This document shows, in pieces, positions 12,901 through 24,900 of a stretch of 64,000 bases of DNA. The position numbers and the translations under genes are program-made. Source of the DNA: Squalus acanthias. Its lineage: Eukaryota. Positions within the stretch are counted from its first letter, which is position 1; each line of letters begins with the position of its first letter. Where the stretch lies: positions 111,042,001-111,106,000 of the forward strand of contig CM059434.1 in the NCBI GenBank assembly GCA_030390025.1. The letters run 5' to 3'. The notes under the pieces were generated by a model. The model did no database searches, was not told the DNA's origin, and worked only from the letters and a program-made list of their open reading frames with translations.

Positions 12901-15900
12901 ATGTGAGAGCCTCGACAGTGACTACAGGGTGTGAGCGGTGGTTGGCAACATAATAGTCAAGCTTGATCGTATCCTCACTTGAGTTTTTCACACCCACACT
13001 TTACAGGAAGGGTTGCAAGAGTATATATCCTGGGCGATTCTCCTCTTGCTTAGCCTAGGTCATTGTTGCCAATTGTGGCACTCCCATTGCTACCCAGCTG
13101 ACATCAGCCAACTCAGCACAGGCCAGGGATTTAACCTGGAGCCGGTTTAGTTTAGATCAGGCTTCGGTTACTGCTCTAAACAACTAAGCCATCGGGGGAC
13201 CTAGAATTTGTTTATCTTCATTTATAATTTTCAAAATGGCGCACAAGGAGCACAAATCCCCACGTGATGCTAAAGCCACTTTTCTTTCAACTGAAATAAC
13301 AACAAAAAACGCTGGAAAAACTCAGCCAGCCAGGCAGCATCCGTGGAGAGAGAAACAGAGTTAACGTTTCTGACGAAAGGTCTTCGACCTGAAACGCTGA
13401 CTCTATTTCTCTCTCCACAGATGCTGCCTGGCCTGCTGAGTTTTTCCCAGCGTTTTCTGTTGTTATTTCGGATTTCCAGCATCCGCAGTATTTTGCTATT
13501 TTCTTTCAACTGACACTGGTTCAGGTTGTATCGGATGAAGAGTGACTCATACCTCGGAGAAGTAGAGAGATGAACCTGAGGAAATGACTCCGCAGCCTTG
13601 CTCCGGTTTAACGATTTGTCCACCAATCACTTCCAGCCAATCATTCTTCATCACAGCCTCATTCTCAAAGTCACACGTCACTGTTGAAGGCAACATGGCC
13701 TCTGGCCTACAGGTAGATCCATGATAACCTGGATCACATCTTTAAGGAAAGAAATAACCACTCAGGCACTGTATTGTGATTATGCACTGTGTCAATAAGC
13801 CGCATTTTAGCTTAATTTACCTTAAAGGGATGATGAAACAAATGCTTGCTGGGATGTTAAGGTTATAAATATAAATTACTACCTGTTGGGTTACAGAAGC
13901 AATCAAGTGTGTAACTAAACATAACAAAATATAGAACAAGATAAAGGCATTCAGTCTGCCAAACCCATCCATCCCAGTGTACAATTTACCCCATCATAGG
14001 GGGGAGTTTTCACCTGAAAAAACGGGTGGGTTGGAGGCAGGCGGGGGAGGAAGTGAAAGCTGTAAAAATCTAAAACCCGACCCCAACTCGCCCACGTTCA
14101 CCTTTTACTCAGGCAGGACGGGGTGTGGGGGCAACCAACCCACTGCCAGGAGGCGGGCTGGCATTTTAAATATTATAATGAGGCCTGAAGCCTCTGCTTG
14201 AAGCTGTTGCACAGGTTTAACTGCAGGCGGCCGGGGATGCCAGGGCTCGGGATTCCCGGCAGCTGCAACGAGGCGAGCACAGCCTCTGGGAACAATCCTT
14301 TTGAGCCAGGAGGAGGAGTAGGAGTGCTTCCTCCTGGCCCCCCAAGCTCACCCACCAGCAGCCCACCCCTCCCCGGGGTCGGGGATTGCAACTCCCCCTC
14401 AGAGTCGGGGATCGGACCCTCCTCCCACCCCGGGAAGCGCTAATCAGCCCCGGGGTCGGGGATCAAACCCCCCCCAACCCCCCCGGGGATCAGACGCCCT
14501 TCCTCCCTGGGCTTGGAACCCCGCCGGACCCAGCGCCTACCTGTTGCTGCAGCGTTCTGGTCAACCAGCATTCTCCGCCCGACTGGAAGCCAGCCTGTCA
14601 ATCAGGCTGACTTCCGGGCAGGGAACCCACCCATTATGTCACACGCATGCCTTCCAGGAAACCCGGACTTCTGGGTTTCCTGCGCTCTACCGGGCCCCCC
14701 TGCTCCGTGCGGGTGGGAAACAGGAAAATTCAGCCCATAGACTTTACTTTGACATCAAGTACTAAAAAATTCTTGATCATTTCTAGAATCTTGCGTTCAA
14801 CACTTTATTAGCTAACGGTATCGAGGGATATGGATCAAAGGCGGGTAAATGGAGTTGCGGTACAGATCATTAATGATTGAATTGAATGGTGGAACAGGCT
14901 CGAGAGACTGAATGGTCTACTCCTGTTCCTATGTTTACACATATCTACTGAACATTCAACAGTTGTGTATTTCTACATCCACATACTTGCATAGTCCATT
15001 GTGACACCAGCCATGGCCACCACACATCTCAGGACACTGTTGACCAATATAAATATCATCTAATGCCCATTCATCCTGAGCCATATAGTAACTCTGGCTC
15101 CAGCGAAAACGTGTAGCACTTGACCTGAATAAGTTAAAAAACAAGTATGTTAGTCTTAAGAATTTACTTATCCAAAATGATGAGTGTAAAATTTTTTGTT
15201 AAGATATGAAGACTAATAGATCTGAGGAACTTGGATGTATCACTGGCCATCATTATAAAGTATGCTGGAGATTAGTTGGAAGAAATGTTTGTAACTCCCC
15301 AAATAGCTCAGTTGGTAAAAGTAACTGAGCCATACAGGCTAGAAGGTCTCGAGTTCATTTCCTGTTCTCTCTTGTTTTAGCTGATGGCAGCAAAGGCGCT
15401 ACAGTTGACCCAAGTCTCCTGAGCTAGAGAGGGGAGAATCTGCCGTAGTTCTCGGTCTTGATCATTATTGATCGATCCAGACTGGAAAGTGCACACGTGT
15501 GGACAGAGTAGTGCTTGGCTGTAATAACAACACGATTGACGAAACTGCCAATACTCATTGTCTCGGTTCATACATAAAGAAGGGTCACTTGGGTGAGGTA
15601 CCAAAGGGCAGCCAATGCCCTTGGAATTGTACCCCAACATGAGTTAGCATCTTCCGGAGAGGAGGGTACAAAGAAACGGTTAGGACCAAACACACACTTT
15701 AAAAAAAAAATGTTTATACAAAGAACATTGTAAATTTATACAAAGCACATTGATGTTGCTCAGTGACTCTGCTCTACAGTGCAGCGGAAGGGGTGAAGTC
15801 AGTGGAGTGGGGAATCTAATTTGCATCCTATTAGGAATCTGTGTGCAAATATTTGAGCACACTTCACTATAATAAGCCTCCGACACTAATAAATTTTCCC

Positions 15901-18900
15901 TTGATCATAGTCAAGCCCAATGACTATGATCAAGGAGGTTAAACCTCAATAAAATAAATCCCAAGCTATGTTGTTGATCCCTAGCTGCATTGGCTGAAAT
16001 ATGGAAAATTTTGTTTTATTGTATTAGTAACTCCCGTGTTGGTCAAATACTGCATTTAGTGTCTGTAGATTTGTACTGCACTAGTCATCAGCAGTAGAAA
16101 ATGCCACTCTGAATACATTATTTAGCCCGTAACTCTGTTTAGGGAAGACCGTGTCCTGTCTTCCTGCGTGACATGTGCTGCTTCCAAGTCGGCAAGCTTT
16201 TTCTGCAGCTCTTGTGTCATTTTCTACACTCCTTTGTGGTCCAAAGAGCAGAACTTTTGGATTATTGGCTTTAAGGCAGCCAGGATATGTTACAATCATG
16301 GCATAATCCCAGGTTGGTTTTCAAGGTCACCCATTTAGAAAGTTCAGTTGAGTATAAGTGAATGTTGGAACAAGCTCTTTCCTGTCAAGGACCAGATAAT
16401 GTAATAACATTTTAATTTTTATATTCCAAAACGCAAATGTGGTAATTACGCTGGGTTTGTAAAAAGAAACTGTCCCCGACAGCTGCCTGCATCTCATCAG
16501 CAGTGCTGATATGCAAATATCTACTCATAAAGACAAATTCATTTTCATAAAGCAATAACAAATGTAATTTGTCTAAGCTGCACTTGATACTTAATATGAT
16601 TGGAAAAAAAATGGCAGGCTCAATGCAGCGGTATTCATCAGATGTCCTGCAAATGCTTTATGAAATTGCTGCTCAGATTAACAAATCCCTTCTGACATAC
16701 TTGAACATGTTTAAACACCAGTGGTTTTTTGTGGTTTGAATGCATTCAATGAGATACTGAAGAACTGGGCTTATACAATCAATGTTAAACCGAAACTTGT
16801 TAAAAAATGTTATGGCTATTAGAGATTAAAAATTCATTTGAGTCGATAACAGCTGTTAAGATAATTAAAACGGTAGTTACAGGTTGGGGAGGAGCCAATT
16901 ATAGTCCCGTTACCTGGAGTCTTTCATTTCACATTCTGCAGATTTATGAGAAGAGACAGTTGGTGGGAAGACAATGATTCATCTTCCATTTGGCTCATTC
17001 CCAAGGATTAATGTCTGCAATGATTTTCTTACCATGTTTTCTGTTGCAGGGACACAGTTACTCTTTTCCACTGTGAGAACTCCGAGGAATGATAAACACT
17101 GGCAGAGGTGAACTCCTGGCAACTAGGCATGCTGGGAAAACATTCCTGCAGGGAAACATGTCAACCCAGAAAATATCAAGATTACCAAATTTTTTAAATT
17201 CCACATCTGTCTGATAAAAGGCTGCAAATGTACAGTTTTGGAACCAGTAGATTAAAGTAGATTCAGAATTGCAAAGTCAAAACTGAGTTTGGTCTGGTTA
17301 AGCAGCCTCAGCCCCATCTGCTTTTCACAATTCTGATTTTTTTAAAAAGACAGGGTGCTAAATCATAAAATCCCTGTTTTGGGGTGATTTTTAACCATGA
17401 TCAGACTTTTTTTGAATTTACTATAGAAAGTACATGGTTGGGTGACAAAAGCTGCCTGTCCAGGAATAAAGCATGCATAAATTCAAAATAACAATTCTGT
17501 AATATTTTCACCAAGATTGCGAGAACAGTCTCCAAGTCGGCCACATTTGGGATATCTGCAGTGGTCATCCTGAATTGAAATGTCAATATCAATTAATATT
17601 CTGAGAAAGTTACAGGGCAACGCAAGCCAGGAACATCCTGGGATGCCTTTTACATTTTTTGCAGATTCAAAATCCAAACAAATAAATCTAGTTTCCTCCC
17701 TCCCATGCCACAATGCAGTGCTACGGTACATGGAACTTTCAGTCAGTTTAAACCACAATGAGCCAGAAATGGATGCTGAGAGGATGTTTCCCCTCGTGGG
17801 GAAATCTAGAACTAGGGGGCATAGTTTCAGAATAAGGCGTCGCCCAATTAAGACGGAGATGAGGAGGAATTTCTTCTCTCAGAGGGTCGTGAATCTCTGG
17901 AATTCTCTACCCCAGAGAGTTGTGGAGGCTGGGTCATTGAATATATTCAAGGCTGAGATTGACAGACATTTGAACTACAGGGGAGTCAAGGGGTATGGGG
18001 AGAGAGCGGGAAAGTGGTGTTGAGGCCAAGATTGGATCAGCCATGATCTTATTGAATGGCGGGGCAGGTTCGAGGGGCCGATTGGCCTACTCCTGCTCCT
18101 GTTTCTTATGTTCTTATGTGACAAGTGAAGCCACTACAATCTCAGTTCTGCCGGTGCTAGTTAGCGCCAGACACTAATGTTTTTCAACTTTTAAAAAATT
18201 CAGGGTTTACGCTCCAGGAAGGAAGTGGAGCGCTAAATCGAGCGCTAAATCGAGCGCTCCACTTCCTTCCTGGAGCGCAACAGGCAGCAGGCGGGGTGGC
18301 AGGTGAGCAGTGCTGTACAATGGGCCGTGCAGCGCTGCCGCGTTGGAAGGCTCCTTCCCTCCCTTAAAGGGAAGGGCCATCGCTGCAGACTGTGCAAGGA
18401 GAAAACTTACCTAGTCCCCGACGGCAGCCGCGATCCGGCCCGATCAGCCCGATTGATGCACTGCAGCAGAGTGCCGGGCTGATCGATCGCTGGAGAAGAA
18501 ATTTTTTTTTTAAAAAGAGAATGAGCATTTCAGAATTTTTTCCACTTACCTCGGCCACCTCGCCTTTAAGTATCGCCCCCGAAGTGCCCGGCCTCCCGAT
18601 GAACGCCTCCTGCAGCTGCCGGTGTTTTCGCCCGGCGATGCTGCAGGGGGCAGAACCGAAGTTCAGGTCTGGGGCGATGACGTCACGATCTCTGGGCGAA
18701 GGAGATCGGGGCGCAACGCCATACCGCCACCGCAAACCTCCTGCCGAATATAGCGGGAGTCGATCTTCTTGCAGTGCCTGGTCAGTAAGTGCTTAGCGCC
18801 CCGTTAGCGCCCCCCGGAGGCGACAACGGGAGGCGCTAAGGAGGCCAATTTCTAGGCTAAAGTCTTCACAGGCTGAGAAGATGGAATTGGTAACTCTGAA

Positions 18901-21900
18901 AATCAAAACTGAGTTTAAAACTAAATAAAAATATACTGATGCCCATAAACCTTTACAGTAAGGACCTAAGCAGGAAGCTGATTAAAGTACCTTCGAAGTG
19001 TTAGTTTAAATAAAGCCACAAGCAGGGCTCTTGTTCTTTATAAACACATATTTGGTGTCACAGTGCAGGTCATGCCATCAGTGTGCAAGTTTAAATAATG
19101 ACTGCACGAATTCATAACACCAAACACACCACAGAGCAAGGTGTGGGATTGACAGGAAAAATGTATGCAAATTTGAAACTGCTTTCTGGCATCACTAAAC
19201 ATCATTTGTGGCAAGATCTGGCACAAGTCTTAAGATTGAAATGGCACTGAAATACAAACCAGGGCCTTAATATTCATGACATTGTACAGGTCCAACTTTT
19301 CATTGGTAATCTATAAGAAAACGACCAGCTGTCTGCACATTTTCTCATCCAATTTTGTAGAAAATTTGTCCAATAGCACAATCCAAAAAAAGTACACACC
19401 CATTTATTTTTTGCAATGTTTAACATTGAACTAAATGCTTGTGGAGCCCATTAGAATAGATTGTTGTAAAAAATAAAAGTAAAAATGTAGTTAGCTTGAG
19501 CAATAACAGGAATTAGCCTAGTTAAGAGTTGAGTAAATTCAGTGCTCCCAATAGTGAGCCACACTCGAAGGGAACATTGGCAGGGGATAGAGTTATAACT
19601 GCAACCTCAATTCTCTGACTCACTCTCTTCGAACACAGGAGTGCTGAATTTACCATTTAATGATTTCACTTTCTTTTGGAGAATGTAATATTTTTGACTT
19701 TCATTTGACTATAATTAAGCAACTCAACACAATAAATCATTGCATGATAGCAGAAGGATGGGGGGGGGGGAGAAAGAGCATTGGGGTCATGATGCTTAAT
19801 TGGAACGTGACTGTATGGGACAGGCTTGTTGGACCAGCTGGTCTGTACCTGCCCGTCATTTTTGTATGTTTGTACGTTTGCATAAGCTACGAGTTCTTGG
19901 CTATATCCCTGTGCATATTTAGCACTAGCCAAGTCTCAAACCTTACATAAACTTGCTTTCATATTTACCTCCTGTACAAGATGCCAGGTCAGGCCATGGT
20001 TTGTGGAGTACTCCAGTCTGATTTGGTTGTCCACGTGCAGTGTAAAAGGCTTCCCACAGCCCATCACCAGGCTGAATTGCAGCATGTATGAAGCCCCGAT
20101 CTGCATGGACTGGGTTTCGACATAGCGCATGCTTGAGCTTGTTTTGGAATCTCCAGTGAAACTGTAGCAAAGGCAAAAAAAAAAAGTATTAAGTGGGCAA
20201 CATTGTTAGGATGAAGATAAAGGCAGAATTTTTTAATAAAATAAAGCAAGCGATTGGATTGTGCAGTAGGTTAGCCACTGGCCTTTCACCTCTGGGCTAA
20301 AGATTCAAATCCAAGCTAGACTGATTGATAAAAGTCTTCTTTTCCTGCTGGCTGCAAGGGTCCTGTGTGAAATGAATGTTGGTCTGCCTAAATCCAGGTC
20401 CTGGAGTACATAGACCCAAAAGCATAAAGCTGTCTTAGTTTGGGACTAATTGGCAATCTTATTTAGAGAGGCCACAAGTTGACTGTTGTGGGAAATGGAA
20501 AAATACCATTCTGATGCAGTAGCATATATTCCTCTGAGATTGGGGGTGAAGTACATTGTTGGGGCTGAACTTTACTCTCCATCTAACCATGTTATACTTA
20601 ACCTGGAAGTGTGTGACAACAGATGTCCAAAATGGAAAAATGTTCCATTCCCAGCATTAAAATTCCTTATTTTGATGAACACAAAAATTCACTTACAAAA
20701 TAATAGTCATATGAAAGTAATTTGGAACAAAATTATCCTCAAGGCTTCAGATTTTCAATGTCTCTGTACTAACTGGCTGGTCTGCTCATAGTCTGGGATC
20801 TGGGACATGTTTGTGATGTTAAGCTGCTAAAATGGAGCGGTGTTTAACCTAGTCTGTCCCTTTCAGGCCACTGTTCACACACTCTCTTTGGGGGAGTAGT
20901 CTAAATAGGCCCATTCTATGATCAATTAGCAGCTAATTATTGAGGGAAGTTTCCTTAGACTGGAAAGTACTTGTAAATACCCTGCTTCTGCTCTTGGGAA
21001 AAGGCCAGCTTAAAAAAAGAGTGGGAAATGATTGGCTTTCTTTCTATTTTTTTTAAATGCCTTTGACGCTTTACATTTGAATTGTGACTTTTGACATGTC
21101 ATGGATGTAGCTTTTTGTCCCTCTTTTTCTGAACAGTCATATTATCCATGTGATCGATATATTTTACATGAAAATCATTACTTTGTACAAACATGAAGTG
21201 ATATACTTAGTTGATAAATTGAGGTTTGAGTATAAACAATATGCAACTCTTAATAATTCAAGTCTTCAAGGTAGTAATGTCTCAACTTTCTTGGGTTATC
21301 ATAGCTTATTGTGGTGGACCGTACTTTAGTGGGATAAGACATTAACCCTCTCAGTGCATTATGCTGTGACAGGAATTGCAGCCAAGTAGAGTTTCCTGCC
21401 ATACAGGAATTTTAATAACAAAGACCAAATAGTCCAGAACTGCTCTGCTGTTCTTGCAGGAAGAACATTGGCGTTTCCAGAGGCCCACTGCATCGATGCT
21501 TTATCCACACTTCCATTGAGGAAGGTGAAATTTGACTAAAATGGTCTTCTTGGCTGCAACCGAAATATGGCCATGAAATCATTCTTTGTAGTAATCTCTT
21601 CTAATGCAATCTCTTTTAAAACACGTGCTAACAGAAACAACAAATATGACATGCATGGTCATAGCAAGAGACAGCGGAGCTTTCAATATTAAAGATTACA
21701 GAGTGTCTACTGCAAATGTTGGGTGCCCAGCTACTTGGCAAAGGCCGTTTTCATGATATTTATTCTTAAAGATGATTGCTGTGAGAACTTTAAGAACGCT
21801 AACCATCTTCCATCGTTTGCACAGTAAGAAGCAAGGAAATGGAAACTATGCTAACCCGCCGTATCATTCAGTTCCCAGAGATAAATCTTCTGAATTTTCC

Positions 21901-24900
21901 TTTGGTCCTGAAGCATATACCTGTGATGTTTTGTATCATCACTGCTGGCCATAGTCTGTGTCTCCCTCTGTGTTAAAAACAGGATCCACACAGCCCATCC
22001 ATTAGGAGAAAGCCTGGATCACATTATCGCAAATAACTTTGTATTATTATAGCACCAGTCACATGATACAGTATACCTTGAGATCCAACATCAGTCCTTG
22101 CTGCCCATGTCTTTATTACCTGCCATTTGTGTTAGTCACTCACCACCAAAGAACAATACTGCTACAGCCAACGGCTGTAGACAACTTAAAACACAGCCTC
22201 GTAGGTTTTGTAAGGACTGAAAAAAATTGCCATTTACAAGAAAGTAACTGAATTGTGGATTCCTCTGATACTTGACTGGCCCAGTTGATGACATCTTTAC
22301 AACGCCTCAATTCAATTACTGCCTCTATCTCACTGTCAGTCATTGTCCTATATTCACCATAATAATACAGCTGCCTTCTTTTTTATGGATTGTTTCATTT
22401 GCCTATTGAAGAAAGAGATGATGAGACTGATGTACATATATATTTTTTCCTTGCATGCAGCAACATCATCAAACCCGCCTGAGCCACGCATGCCTCACAA
22501 GAGTTCGAAATCTGAGTTTCCTCTAAATTGCACCTAATGCAATTCAACTCCAGCATTGGAAGAGCACCCTAATAAAGAATTATTTTTTACCCAGAAATTA
22601 CTATTTGATTTTCAAATTCAGAGCCATCTAATGCAATGGATTCCAATCCACTAGGAAACAGACTCAGACTAGCCGCTGGATTTATCTCCTCCCGGCAGAG
22701 GAATGTTAAGACAGAACTTCCGCCCACTGCCCTGACACACTTTTCTGTGGTGGAGCTGTTTATCGATGCAGGAAAGGCTCAGCCGATGCCTAAACAAGGA
22801 ATGTTCTTGGGGCCTCAGGAGAGGGACGAGTACCCACTCTGCTGCCTCTCTCCCTGTTGCTCCAGGGCCGACCCCAACCCTCTTCTGGCAGAAGGCAGCT
22901 TGTGGTGAGGATGCAGTGATAGGTGTGCCACCCTGATTTCCCTCTGCTAACAATTTAGGGTAACTTATGGAGGAAATTCCAGTCCTGCATTTCAATTTCC
23001 TTAAGAACCTTTGACAAATTAAGATTTTCATCCATTTTCTCTGGGCCAGATTCATTGGAGGTGAAATACCACCTCAGAAGATGGCTTGTGTCATATTGTC
23101 CCATCCCGCACACATCCGCCATTTTCCAACCAATGTATTTAAAATGTTGTTGAGTTTGCTATTAAATAATTTCTTAATTCAGTCATAAGCCTACTTCAGT
23201 GTGATTTGAAAACGAATAAATCATTTCAAAACAATTATGTACAAATTTTAAACTGCAAAGATGATTTTTGTTTCTGGCAGAGTGTCAGATAACTGCAAAC
23301 TTGACCTTGTGAGAGTTATCTGCTTGGCAGGAGAGCTTTGCACTGTAATTACTTTATTATGACTTTGTGGTCTAAAATAAAGCCCAAGATAATTTAATCA
23401 TATTTGTTTAAAATTTAAATAATTTATGAGCATTTTAACCGACTGCAAATTTATGGCTTCTTATTTGGTGAAGGAAAGTGACTGATGGAAACATTACACA
23501 TGATTAGACACGTTTCACTTGCTGCAGAAAATGAGATTGGGAATAGTCTGCACTGAATGATAAATCATCCAACCCAAGTTCATGCAATGAAGAAAACATT
23601 GTCAATCACTCCCCTGTGACCAACAGCAACATTGCACCTAACTCATTGCCGTGGAGTTGCCAAGAGCAAACCAAATGGAAGTCCAGCTGAGATCAGCTAA
23701 CATTAATTAATTTAACCACTAATCAGTTAGATAGTGTGAATTGGTCTGGAGATTTCCCATGGGATAATGGCTGGCAAGGGCTATGAAGGGCATCAGCCAA
23801 ATTCAATGCATCTCCACCAGCTCCATCATTCTCCACATTAACCTCTTTATGTACCTGCTTTTCCTTGAGGCTAGTTCTAAAAGCATAGGCTAAAAAGCTA
23901 ATGTTGGAATGACAAAAATTCCTTCTAGCTACAAAAACTGAAATATTTCCGTACTCTGTTAATTATACAGAATTTGTGAAGATCATATTTCTATTTTATT
24001 GGACTATTGCAGTATGCTAAGGCACGCTATCATTTGAAAATGAGAGATTAAGGGGTAAGGAAAGTGTAGGAGTGAATAGATTTTATTCAAAATACAACCC
24101 ATTTTTATGGAATAAATTAAAAGTTGTTGCATAAAATCCTTTGACTTATTTTTAAAAAGTAAAACATATTGCCAATGTAGACTCTTGAGTCATGACTCCT
24201 ACTTTCAATAAGAAATACTCCCCCTAAATTTTCCTTCCCCTTTAAGTCTACTTTGATACATATAAATCAATCTGAATAACTCAAGGTATTCTTAACAATG
24301 TTTTGCTGTATTCAGTTATTCATAAACAACTGATCCTTTGAGAACTATTAAGGTGATTGGCAAAATAACCAGAGGCGACTTGAGGAAAAGCTTTTTTATG
24401 CAACGCGTAGTTAGGATTTGGAATGCACTGCCTTATAGGGTGGAGGATACAGATTCAATAGTAGGCTTCAAAAGGGAATTGGATAAATACTTGAAGGAGA
24501 AAAATTGCAGGGATATGGGGAGCGAGCGGGGCAGTGGGACTAACTGGATTGCTCTTCAAAAGAGCTGGCGCAGACTCGATGGGCCGAATGGTCTCCTTCT
24601 GTGCTGTACTATTCTATGATTCTATTGCAATTTTCACATTCTCTCAGTGGCTGAAATATACGATTTTCAGGTGTTGATCTACTTCAAATGCAAACAGTAA
24701 CTGAACCAAAGGATAAACCCAGTGGGATATTTTTAACATTTTCTAAAATGTGTCACAAATATACTAAAAACAACTGTCTTTCATTTTAAGTGCGTTTCTT
24801 TAGCATTTTGATTGTGCTTATCAAGATGTCAATACTGGGAAAAGCAGTAAGTTTTCCCACTGATTTTATCCCACTTTTAGCTCAAGCACACCCAAGCCAA

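Noticed and set aside
14360-14520. Short repeated units suggesting a CRISPR-like array
   Set aside because: Degenerate GC-rich tandem units inside a MITE in a vertebrate intron, with no constant repeat plus unique spacer pattern and no cas genes.
18364-18796. Overlapping 123-134-aa ORFs, and similar ORFs at 29287-29776 and 14173-14765
   Set aside because: They are open only because the MITEs are GC-rich; frames are not conserved between related copies.
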